From assembly GCF_036365525.1 (NCBI RefSeq), contig NC_090387.1, positions 92,545,691 through 92,609,690 of the forward strand: a stretch of DNA of 64,000 nucleotides, read 5' to 3'. The stretch's first letter is position 1. The number at the start of each line of letters is the position of its first letter. This DNA is from Heterodontus francisci. Its lineage: Eukaryota. This document shows, piece after piece, positions 48,641 to 61,200 of the stretch. The notes beneath the pieces were generated by a model. The model searched no databases, had not been told where the DNA came from, and saw nothing but the letters and a program-made list of their open reading frames with translations. The translations under genes and the position numbers were made by a program.

Positions 48641-49815
48641 TTGATGAAGGAAGGGCAGTGGATGTTGTCTATATGGACTTCAGTAAAGCCTTTGACAAGG
48701 TCCCTCATGGCAGACTGGTACAAAAGGTGAAGTCACACGGGATCAGAGGTGAGCTGGCAAGATGGATACAGAACTGGCTCAGTCATAGAAGACAGAGAGT
48801 AGCAGTGGAAGGGTGCTTTTCTAAATGGAGGGATGTGACTAGTGGTGTTCCGCAGGGATCAGTGTTGGGACCTTTGCTCTTTGTAGCATATATAAATGAT
48901 TTGGAGGAAAATGTAGCTGGTCTGATTAGTAAGTTTGCGGACGACACAAAGGTTGGTGGAGTTGCAGATAGTGATGAGGATTGTCAGAGGATACAGCAGG
49001 ATATAGATCGGTTGGCGACTTGGGCGGAGAAATGGCAGATGGAGTTTAATCCGGACAAATGTGAGGTAATGCATTTTGGAAGATCTAATACAGATGGGAA
49101 GTATACAGTAAATGGCAGAACCCTTAGGAGTATTGACAGGCAGAGAGATCTGGGCGTACAGGTCCACAGATCACTGAAAGTGGCAACACATGTGGATAAG
49201 ATAGTCAAGCAGGCATACGGCATGCTTGCCTTCATCGGTCGGGGCATAGAGTATAAAAATTGGCAAGTCATGCTGCAGCTGTACAGAACTTTAGTTAGGC
49301 CACACTTAGAATATTGTGTGCAATTCTGGTCGCCACACTACCAGAAGGACGTGGAGGCTTTGGAGAGGGTACAGAAGAGGTTTACCAGGATGTTGCCTGG
49401 TCTGGAGGGTATTAACTATGAGGAGAGGTTGGATAAACATGGATTGTTTTCACTGGAACGACGGAGGTGGAGGGGCGACATGATAGAGGTTTACAAAGTT
49501 ATGAGCAGCATGAACAGAGTGGATAGTCAGAAGCTTTTTCCCAGGGTGGAAGGGCAAAGTTTAGAGGGGATGTGCGAGGCAAGTTCTTTACACAGAGGGT
49601 GGTGAGTGCCCGGAACCTGCTGCCGGGGGAGGTGGTGGAAGCAGGTTTGATAGCGTCGTTTAAGAGGCATCTTGACAAATACATGAATAGGATGGGAATA
49701 GAGGGATACGGACCCCGGAAGTGCAGAAGGTGTTAGTTTAGGCAGGCATCAAGATCGGCGCAGGCTTGGAGGGCCAAATGGCCTGTTCCTGTGCTGTACT
49801 GTTCTTTGTTCTTTG
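48641..49815 (+). mobile_element. Young CR1 LINE, 5'-truncated
   Basis: 315-aa open RT ORF 48658-49605; (TGTTCTT)n tail. Confidence 0.95.
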
Positions 49816-50129
49816 TTCATACTGTCTCCTTCTACTATTACATTCCTTTTGATTTCCCCACTTGAATGGCCCCCTACACCATGGTGCTGTGATCAGTTTG
49901 CTCTTTCTCCCTGCAGCCCTTGCTCTCGACAACATAGGCTTCAAGAACCTCAAACCTGTTGGACAATTGCAAGGGTTGAGGCTCCCCCTGTGCTACCTTC
50001 TAGATCTGCAAACCTGCCTCAATCATAATCACACCCTCCCGTCACTGAGCACACACCAAATCAGAAATACCTAACCTAAGAGGTGTGACTGCCTCCTGGA
50101 ACAAAGTGTCCAGGTAACTTTCTCCCTCC

Positions 50130-53100
50130 CTATAGATTGGGAAAGGCAGAAGGGTGCATGGCAGGAAGGTAGTGAATTTCCTGAGTGTGTTCAGGATAGC
50201 TTTCTGCAACAATATGTCCTAGACCCAACAAGTGGTCAGGCCCTATTAGATTTAATAATGGGTAATGAGCCCGACATAGTTAACATAAAATCATAACATA
50301 TTAGAACAGTTACAGCAAGAAGGAGGCCATTTGGCCTGTCATTTCCATGCTAGTTCTCTACGAGACCATCTTAGCTACCTTTTCACCACAGTCCTGCAAA
50401 TTCTTTCTCTTCTGATAATTATCCAATTCCCTTTTAAAATTCCTGATTAAATCTGTCTCCATTTCACCCTCAGACAGTGTATTCCAGATCATAATCACAC
50501 ACTGCGTAAAATAAATTTCCTCGTGTTGCCTCTGCTTCTTTTGCCAATCACTTTAAATCAGTATCCTCTGGTTCTCGACTCTTCCACCAATGGAAACAGT
50601 TTCTCCCTATCTACTCTGTCAGACCCCTCATGATTTTGAACACCTCTATCAAATCTCCTCTCAACCGTCTCTTATCTAAGGAGAACAGCCCCAGCTTCTC
50701 CAATCTATCCACATAACTGAAGTCCCTCATCCTTGGAACCATTCTTGTAAATCTTTTCTGCACATTCTCTAAAGCCTTCATATCCTCCCTAAAGTGCGGT
50801 ACCCAGAATTGGACACAATACTCCAGTTGAGGCTGAACAAGTGTTTATAAAGGTTCACCATAATTTCTTCGCTTTTGTACTCTATGCCTTTATTTATAAA
50901 GCCCAGGATCCCGTACGCATATTCACCTTTCTCAACCTGCCCTGCCACCTTCAGTGATTTGTACACATAAAGCCATAGGACCCTCTGCTCCTGCACCCCC
51001 TTTAGAATTGTGTTTTTTAATTTATATTTCTTAATTAATCCACATCTGTCCAAGTGACTGTTAATTTTGCCCCAGATTATCATTTCTAAAAGCTATCCCA
51101 ATACCAGGATTAAACTGACCAGCCTGTAGTTGCTGGGCTTGTCACAGAATCATAAAAAGTTTACGGCACAGAAAGAGCCCACTTCGCCCATCGTGTCTGT
51201 GCCAGTCGAAAAACGATCCACCTATTCTAATCCCACCTTCCAGCATTTGGTCCTTAGACCTGCAGATTACAGCACTTGAGGTGCATATCCAGATGTCTTT
51301 TCAATGAGTTGAGGGTCTCTACCTCAACTATCCTTTCAGGCAGTGAGTTCCAGACCATCACCACCCTTTGGGTGAAAAAGCTTTTTCTCATCTCCCCTCT
51401 ATTCTTTCTACCCATCACTTTAAATCTATGCCCCCTTGTCACTGACCTCTCTGCTAAGGTGAATAGACCCTTCACCTCCACTCTATCCAGGCCCCTCACA
51501 ATTTTGTACATTTCAATCAGATCTACCCTCAGCCTTCTCTGTTCCAAGGAGAACAACCCCAGCCTATCCAATCTTTCCTCATTGCTGCATTTTTCCAGTC
51601 CTAGCAACATCCTCGTAAATCTCCTCTGTACCCTCTCTAGTGCAATTACTTCCTTTCTGTAATGAGGTGACCAGAGGTACTGAAGTTGTGGCCTAACCAA
51701 TGAGTTATGCAGCTCCAGCATAAGCTCCCTGCTCTTATATTCTACAGCTCAGTTAATAAAGGAAAGGATTCCATATGCCTTCTTAACCACCTTATCAACC
51801 TGTCCTGCTACCTTCAGGAATCTGTGGACATTCACTCAAAGGTCCCTCATTTCCTCTACACTTCTCAGTATTTTCCCATTAATCGAGTATTCTTTTGCCT
51901 TGTTTGACCTCCTCAAATGCATCACCTCACACTTCTCCAAGTTGAGTTCCATTTGTCACTTTTCTGCCCAACTTACCAGACCATCAATATCTTCCTGCAG
52001 CCTACAGCTATCCTCCTCGCTATCTACCACATGGCCAATCTTTGTGTCATTTGCAAACTTCTTAATCATGCCCCCTACATTTACATCCAAATCATTAATA
52101 TATACCACGAAGAGCAGGGGACTCAGTACTGAGCCCTGTGGAACGCTACTGGAAACAGCCCTCCAGTCGCAAAAACACCCGTCAACAATTACCCTTTGTT
52201 TCCTGCCACTGAGCCAATTTTGTATCCACCTTGCTGCATTTCCCTGGATCCCATGGGCTATCATTTTTTTTTAACCAGTCTGCCATTGGGACCATGTCCT
52301 TGCACTGTTTTTTAAACAGGAGTGTAACATTTGCAATTCTGCAGTCCACTGGTAGCACCCCTGTATCGAAGGAGGATTGGAAGGTTATGACCGGTGCATC
52401 CACAATTTCCACCTTTACTTCCCTCAATATCCTTGTATAATTAACAGCCTAATGGTGCATGAACATGTATCTAATAGAAATTATATGAGTGAGTGAGTTC
52501 AATGTTGTGTTTGACAGCGAGAAATGCAAAAGGCCACTAAGGTTTTCGATTTAGGTAAGGCTGACTTCAATGGGATGAGACAGGGACTATACGCAGTGAA
52601 TTGTGCAATCTGTTAATGGGTAAAAAGACAGAAGATCTGTGAGACACATTCAAAAAGGAATTTAATGTGATAAGGAACGAGTTTATATCCGTTCTACTTG
52701 CCAAAAAAGAGCCAGGGACATCTGACGAGATGAGGGACAACAAAAAGCCAAAAGAAAAAACATAAAAGAATGTACAAAAAACACAGATCCTGGAAAATGG
52801 AAGAGATACAAAGAATAGCAAAGTTTAACAAAACCAATAGTAAGAGTATAAAAAAGGAGTATAAAAAGAATCTTGCAAGGGATATCAAAATCAACACCAA
52901 AGACTATTACAATTATAAGAGGAAAAAGAAGGTGGTCAGGAACAATGTGGATCACTTTAAAAGTGATAGTTGTATGATTATAAATGAAAATAAGGAGATG
53001 GTGGACATGGTGAATAATTACTTTACGTCAGTACTTACAGTAAAGGAAGATTATAGCATGCTGTATGTTCCAAGGAAACTAATATTAAATCAGAGGTGGA

Positions 53101-53345
53101 GTCACACAATAATTAATATAAGTAAATTAAACGTAATGAAGAAAACAATGGCACTAAAGAGTGACAAATTACCATGACTAGATGGTATTCGTCCCAAGAT
53201 TTGAATTGAAATATATGAGAACATTGCAGATACTTTAGCTATGATCTTCTAACATTCTCTCCATTCAGGAACTGTTCATTTAGCTTGGAAAATTGGACCT
53301 CAGGCCACTATTTAAGAAAGGAGGGCAAGGGAAATCATGGGATGA
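50130..53345. mobile_element. Old + strand CR1 (50130-50285 and 52436-53345) split by a stack of - strand CR1 fragments (50290-52435)
   Basis: APE sequence atagttaaca resumes as attaacagcctaatgg at 52440; the intervening RT ORFs 50778-52427 are on the minus strand. Confidence 0.75.
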
Positions 53346-53713
53346 TCTAAAATGGGAGTAGTATCATTTTGGTTATGTTATGTTACTGGACTAGTAATCC
53401 ACAGGCCTGGACTAATGATGTGGAGACATGAGTTTAAATCCCACCACAGAAGCTGAGGAATTTAAATTCAATTAATTAAGTAAATCTGAATAAAAGAAGC
53501 TAGTCTCAGACATGGTGACAATGAAAAGACTAGATTGTCATAAAAACCCATCGAGCACACTAACAGTGCTGTTGGTATTTATTACTAGTAAAAATGACTG
53601 TGGGTGGATGACAAAACGGGAGTCCATAAATGGGCCCCCTCACTCATTATTCAAACAGCTTCCCAACCCCTAAGAGAGTCATCCTAAGAGATACCTTAGA
53701 GTCGTTGAGACAA

Positions 53714-55453
53714 CAGAACAAGAACAAAGAACAAAGAACAGTACAGCACAGGAACAGGCCATTTAGCCCTCCAAGCCTGTGCCAATCTTGATGCCTGCCT
53801 AAACTAAAACCTTCTGCACTTCCGGGGCCCATATCCCTCTATTCCCATCCTATTCATGTATTTGTCAAGATGCCTCTTAAACGTCTCGATGGTACCTGCT
53901 TCCACCATCTCCCCCGGCAACAAGTTCCAGGCACTCACCACCCTCTGTGTAAAGAACTTGCCTCGCACATCCCCTCTAAACTTTGCCCCTCTCACCTTAA
54001 ACCTATGTCCCCTAGTAACTGACTCTTCCACCCTGGGAAAAAGCTTCTGACTATCCACTCTGTCCATGCCGCTTATAACTTTGTAAACCTCTATCATGTC
54101 GCCCCTCCACCTCTGTCGTTCCAGTGAAAACAATCTGAGTTTTTCCAACCTCTCCTCATAGCTAATGCCCTCCAGACCAGGCAACATCCTGGTAAACCTC
54201 TTCTGCACCCTCTCCAAAGTCTCCACGTCCTTCTGGCAGTGTGGCGACCAGAATTGCACACAATATTCTAAGTGTGGCCTAACTAAAGTTCTGTACAGCT
54301 GCAGCATGACTTGCCAATTTTTATACTCTATGCCCCGACCGATGAAGGCAAGCATGCCGTATGCCTTCTTTACTTATCCACCTGCGTTGCCACTTTCAGT
54401 GACCTGTGGACCTGTACGCCCAGATCTCTCTGCCTGTCAATACTCCTAAGGGTTCTGCCATTTACTGTATACTTCCCACCTGCTTTAGACCTTCCAAAAT
54501 GCATTACCTCACATTTGTCTGGATTAAACTCCATCTGCCATTTCTCCGCCCAAGTCTCCAACCGATCTATATCCTGCTGTATCCTTTGACAATCCTCATC
54601 ACCGTCCGCAACTCCACCAACCTTTGTGTCGTCTGCAAACTTACTACATTTTCCTCCAGATCATTTATATATACTACAAAGAGCAAAGGTCCCAGCACTG
54701 ATCCCTGCGGAACACCACTAGTCACATCCCTCCATTCAGAAAAGCACCCTTCCACTGCTACCCTCTGTCTTCGATGACCGAGCCAGTTCTGTATCCATCT
54801 TGCCAGCTCTCCTCTGATCCCATGGGACTTCACCTTTTGTACCAGTCTGCCATGAGGGACCTTGTCAAAGGCTTTACTGAAGTCCATATAGATAACATCC
54901 ACCGCCCTTCCTTCATCAATCATCTTCACCATTTCCTCAAAAAACTCAATCAAATTAGTGAAACACGACCTCCCCTTCACAAAACCATGCTGCCTCTTGC
55001 TAATAAGTCCATTTGTTTCCAAATGGGAGTAAATCCTGTCCCGAAGAATCCTCTCTAATAATTTCCCTACCACTGATGTAAGGCTCACCAGCCTATAATT
55101 TCCTGGATTATCCTTGCTACCCTTCTTAAACAAAGGAACAACATTGGCTATTCTCCAGTCCTCTGGGACCTCACCTATAGCCAACGAGGATGCAAAGATT
55201 TCTGTTAAGGCCCCAGCAATTTCTTGCCTTGCTTCCCTCAGTATTCTAGGGTAGATCCCATCAGGCCCTGGGGACTTATCTACCTTAATGCTTTGCAAGA
55301 CACCCAACACCTCCTCCTTTTTGATAATGAGATGACTGAGACTATCTACACTCCCTTCCCTAGGCTCATCATCCACCAAGTGGATTCCTTGGTGAATACT
55401 GATGCAAAGTATTCATTTAGTACCTCGCCCATTTCCTCTGGCTCCACACACAG
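53714..55453 (-). mobile_element. Young CR1 LINE, 5'-truncated
   Basis: ORFs 53804-55379 carry RT motifs; nearly identical to 12622-14220. Confidence 0.95.
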
Positions 55454-56174
55454 GGTGTTATTACAGCTGGTACTTTGCCTGCTAACTCACCTATTTGGCC
55501 CAGAAAGAAACTAGCCAGTAGTTGGAGGCGAATCGCTGACTATCAAAAAGGAAATTGTTTAACCCCAGAATGTTCAGCAGTCATCCAAGAGATGCCGACT
55601 GTATTGTCTAAATACTTCTCAAACCTTGGACATTGCAAACAGGCTTTGGATTATCCCTGTTAAGGGGAAAACCAGTATAAATCCACTTCCACTTCTGAGG
55701 ATCAGAGTTATATCTGTTTACTGTAAGGGTTCCATAACATCCCTACCATTTTTCATCGGAGAATGGTTGTCATTTTTAAAAGCTTTTCTGAACCCAAATG
55801 TCGATGATCTGCTACTCACCACATCAACAGAGGACGACCACATACGATTACCGGATGAACTGTTACAGATACAAAGTTGAGCAGGCCTGAAGATCACCCA
55901 AAAAGGCACAGCTTTAGAAATAACAAGTAACTTTCCTTGGAGTTTCAGTTTCAGCGGCAGGACAGACCCCAAACCAGTGCATTGTCAATATCATCCAAAG
56001 GTTGTCATTGCCTGTCTCCAAGGCAACCGTCTGGTATTTTAAAAAACAGAAAATGGGACCAGGCGACAGTGAGACCTGAGAGCTGAGGTCTAAAGACATG
56101 CATTCAAATTAATAGTTTGCACAAGGTACGAACGAGATTCTGGAAGAGGGAATGCAGATTTTCTTTTAGATCAT

Positions 56175-58240
56175 AGATGGGCAGCTGAGACCCACTGCTT
56201 GCAATTTCTTCACCATGTGGGAACTTCAGGACACTTCATGTGTCTTTGGGGCCCACATGTGTAGGATGTGTCTCCAGTTGCTTGAGCTTGAGCTCAGGAT
56301 TTCTAAGCTTGAGGGGCAGCTGGAATCACCGTGGAGCATCATGAAGGCTGAGAGTTTCCTCCGTCAAATGTCCAGAAGGTAGCCACCCCATAGGCAGAGA
56401 GAGTTCAGGATTGTAGATGGGTGACCATCCGGAAGAGGCAGGAAGTGCAGGAGTCTTCGGGGTTTGTGCCACTTTCAAACTAGTACTCAGCTTTAGCGAC
56501 TGCTGGGAGTGATGATACCTTGAAGGAGTGCAATCTAGACCACGACACCAATGGGAAAGGGACTGCAGAGCAGGAAACTGCATTTCTATGTTTTGCTGTC
56601 AATATAAGCGATTCCATACTCAGGGATACAGACAGGCATTTCTGCAACGGTCATCGTGAATTCCTGTATGGTGTGTTGTCTCCCTGGTGCCAGGGTAAAG
56701 GGCATCACAGAGAAGGTGAAGAATATTCCGCAGGGGGAAGAGTGTGAGCCAGAAATTGTGGTCCACATCAGTACCAACGACAGAGAGGGCAGGGGTATTG
56801 AGGTCCTACAGTTAGATTTTCAGGAGCTAGGAAGGAAATTAAAAATTAGGATCTTGAGGGTAGTAATATCTGGATTATCGCAGTGCCACGCGCTAGCCAG
56901 AGTAGAAATAGGAAAGTAAGGAGGATGAGTGTGTGGCTTAAGGCATGGTGCAGGAGGGAGGTCTTCTGATTCTTGGGGCATTAGGGTCAGTTCTGAGCAA
57001 GTGGATTCAAAAGGGATGGGATCCACCTCAATAGGACTGGGACAAATGTCTTCATGGGGAGGTTCACTGGTATGATCGGGGAGTGTTTAAACTAAATTGG
57101 CAGAGGGGTGAGCACCAGCATATAAAAGTAGAAAAGAGGAATGAGGTCCGTAAAGGAGTTATAGTGTTGGATAGTACTAGAGGAGGACGTTGTACCATAT
57201 TAGACAGCAGCAGACTGAGAAGGACTATGAGGAAAACAAAGACAGGTTTACCATGCATGTATGTAAAAGCACAATGTGTGGTGAATGAGATTGGGTGAGC
57301 TACAAGCACAAATAGTCGTGTGGGAATATGATATACTGGCAATAACTAAAATGTGGATTAAAAATGGTGAGGACTGGGTGCTTAATATTCAAGGACACAA
57401 AGTGTTCAGAAAAGATAGGGAAGGAAAAAGTGGAGGTGGGGTGGCAGTACTGATTAGAGAAGACATTACAGTGTGGGAAAGAGAGGATGTCTTTAAGGGG
57501 AGAAAGACAGAATCCATTTGGTTCGAGTTGCGAGGTGAAAAGGGTATGATCATGCAAATGGAGTATTCTATAGGCCTCCAAATAGTGAGAGAGAAATAGA
57601 GAAGCAAATCCACAGGGAAATCAGAGAGATGTGCAAGAATGACAGAGTGGTGCTATTGGGGGACTTTAATTACTCAAATATCGATTGGAACAGTGTTGAA
57701 GTAAAGGGAAAGGAGATGGAGGAATTTCTAAATGTGTTCAGGAGAGGTTCCCTGACCATTGTAATCTCAGTCCAACTAGGAAGAAGGCATTGCTGAAACT
57801 GGTGCTGGAGGATGAGGTGGGCCAAGTGAACCACGTGTCTGTGGGGGAGAACTTGGGTAAGAGTGATCATTGGATCATAAGGTTTAGAATAGTAATGGGG
57901 AAGAGCACGGAACAATCTAAATAACAACTTCTAAATTGGAAGAGAGCTAACTTCAATGGGATGAGATCTAGCCAGGGTAAAATGGAACCAGAGATTGATA
58001 GGAAAAACTGTATTGGAACAATGGGTGATTTTTAAAGAGGAGATGTTTTATGTACAGGCTAGGTACATTCCAACAAGAGGGAAAGTTAGGGGAACTAAAG
58101 CCAGACCTCCTTGGATGACGAGGGAGATAGAGAATATGACAAATCAAAAAAGTGGGTGTATGATGCATGATGCAATTCTCTAAGCAAGAACCAGGCCAAA
58201 TACAATAAGTTGAGAGGGGAGGTGAAGAGGAGAAAAGAGA
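56175..58240 (+). mobile_element. CR1 5' portion: ORF1 (zinc finger, zipper, SGNH esterase) and APE of ORF2
   Basis: MVCCLPGARVKGITEKV..VVHISTND (esterase blocks); YDILAITKMW..FRKDREGKSGGGVAVL (APE). A more degraded ORF1 lies at about 12070-12560. Confidence 0.85.
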
Positions 58241-58244
58241 GAAT

Positions 58245-61200
58245 ATGAGAATATAGGAACATAGAAGCAGGAGTAGGCCATTCAGCCTGTCAAGCCTGTT
58301 CCGCCATTCAATTAGATCATGGCTCATCATCTACCTCAACGCCACTTTCCCGCGCTATCCCCATATCCCTTGATGTCATTAGTATCCAGATATCCATCGA
58401 TTTCTGTCTTGGACATGCTCAATGATTGAGCTTCCACAGCCCTCTGGGGTAAAGAATTCCAAAGATTCACCACCCTCTGAGTAAAGAAATTCCTCCTCAT
58501 CTAAGTTTTAAATGGCCTGCCTCTTATTCTGAGACTATGTCCCCTGGTTCTAGACTCCCAGCCAGAGGAAACATCCTATCCACATCTACTCTGTCATGCC
58601 CTGTAGAATTTTGTAAGTTTCAATGAGATCACCTCTCATTCTTCGAAACTCTCGAGAATACAGGCCCAGTTTCTGAAATCTCTCCTCATAAGACAATCCC
58701 GCCATCCCAGGGATTAGTCTGGTGAACCTCCGTTGCACTCCCTCTGTGGCAATGATATCCTTCCTTAGATAAGGAGACGAAAACTGTACACAATACTCCA
58801 GGTGCGGTCTCACCAAGGCTCTATACAATTGGAGCAAGACATCTTTACTGCTGTACTCAAATCCCCTTACAATGAAGGCCAACATATCATTTGCCTTCTT
58901 AATTGCTTGCTGCACCTGCATACTAACCTTTAGTGAATCATGAACAAGAACACCCAGGTCCATTTCCACATCAACACTTCTCAATCTCTCACCATTTACA
59001 AAATACTCTTCCTGTTTTTTCTACCAAAGTGGACAACTTCACACTTAATCACATTATGTTCCATCTGCCATGTTCTTGCCCATTCACGAAGCTTGTCCAA
59101 GCCTCCTTGAAGCCTCCTTGGATCCTCCTCACAACTTACATTCTCACCTACCTTTTTGTCATCAGTAAATTTGGAAATATTACAATTGGTGCCCAAATCC
59201 ATTTATATACCGATCCTTGCGGTACCCCACTAGTAACAGCCTGCCATCCTGAGAATGGCTAGTTTATTCTTTTGTTTTCTTTTGTATTCTTTTGTATTCT
59301 TATTGTTTTCTGTCTGTTAACCAGTTTGCAATCCATAGCAGTATATTACCCCCAATCCCATGTACTCTAATTATGTTTACTAGCCTCCTGTGTGGGACCT
59401 TAGTAAAAGCCTTCTGAAAATCCAAATACACAGAATCACAGAATCACAAAATTGTTCCAGCGCAGAAGGAGGCCATTCAGCCCATCATGTCCACACTGCC
59501 TCTCTGAAGAAGCAACTCCCTCAGTTCCATTCCCCTGCCTTCTCCCCATAACCCTGCACATTCTTCCTTTTCATATAACTGTCTAATTCCCTTTTGAATG
59601 CTTTAATTGAACCTGCCTCCACCACGTTCTCAGGCAGCACATTCCAGACTTTAACTACTCTCTGTGTGTAAAAAGTTTTTCCTCATGTCACTTTTGCTTC
59701 TCTTACCAAATACCTTAAATCTGTGCCCTCTCGTTCTCGATCCTTTCACGAGTGGGAACAGTTTCTCTCTATTCACTCTGTCCAGACCCCTCATGATTTT
59801 GAATACCTCTATCAAATCACCTCTCAGCCTTCTCTTCTCCAAGGAAAACAGTCCTAACTTCTCCAATCTATCTTCATAACTGAAATTCCTCATTCCTGGA
59901 ACCATTCTCGTGAATCTTTTCTGTACTCTCTCCAATGCCCTCATGTCTTTCCTAACGTGCGGCGCCCAGAATTGGTCTCAATACTGCAGCTGAGACCGAA
60001 CTAGCATCTTACACAAGTTCAACATAACTTACTTGCTCTTATACTCTATGCCCCTATTAATAAAGCCCAGGACACTGTATGCTTTATTAACTGCTCTCTC
60101 AACCTGTCCTGCCACTTTCAATGACTTATGCACATATACACCTCGGTCCCTCTGCTCCTGCATCCCCTTTAGAATTGTACCCTTTATTCTATATTGTCTC
60201 TCCATGTTCTTCCTACCAAAATGAATCACTTCACATTTCTCTGCATTGAATGTCATCTGTCACCTGACTGCCTGTTCCACCAACTTGTCTATATCCTTTT
60301 GAAGTTCTACACTATCCTCCTCACAGTTCACAATGCTTCCAAGTTTTGCATCATCTGCAAACCTTGAAATTGTGCCCTGTACACCAAGGTCCTATGTCAT
60401 TAATATATATCAAAAAAAACAAGGGTCCTAACACTGATCCCTGGGGAACTCCACTACAAACCTTCTTCCAGCCCAAAAAACATCCATTAACCACTACGCT
60501 TTGTTTCCTGTCACTCAGCAAATTTCGTGTCCATGTTGTTACCGTCCCTTTTATTCCATGAGCTACAAGTTTGCTCACAAGTCTGTTGTGTGGCACTGTA
60601 CCAAATGCCTTTTGATAGTCCATGTTCACCACATCAACAGCATTGCCCTCATCAACACTCTCTATTACCTCCTCAAAAAACTCTAGCAAGTTAGTTCAAC
60701 ATGATTTTCCCTTAAGAAATCCATGCTGGCTTTATTTAGTTAACCCACATTTGTCCATGTGACTATTGATTTTGTCCTAAATTATTATTTCTAGAAGTTT
60801 TCCCACCACCGAATTAAACTGACTGGCCTGTATTTTCTGGGCTTATCTTTACACCCTTTTTTGAACAAGGGTGTAACGTTTTCAATTCTCCAGTCCTCTG
60901 GCACCACCCCAGAGTCTAAGGAAGACTGAAAAATTATGGCCAGTGCCTCTGCGATTTCCACCCTCACTTCTCTCAGTATCCTTGGATGCATCTCATCTGG
61001 TCTTGGTGGTTTATCCACTTTAAGTACAGACAGCTTATCTAATATTACTCTCTATCAATTTTAAAACCCTCTGATGTCTGACTTACCTCTTCTTTCAACA
61101 TTGTCTGGGTTGCATCTTCTTCCTTGGTATGCAAAGTATCCATTTAATACCTCAGCTGTGCCCTCTGCTTCCATGTATAAATCCTCTTTCTGATCCCTAA

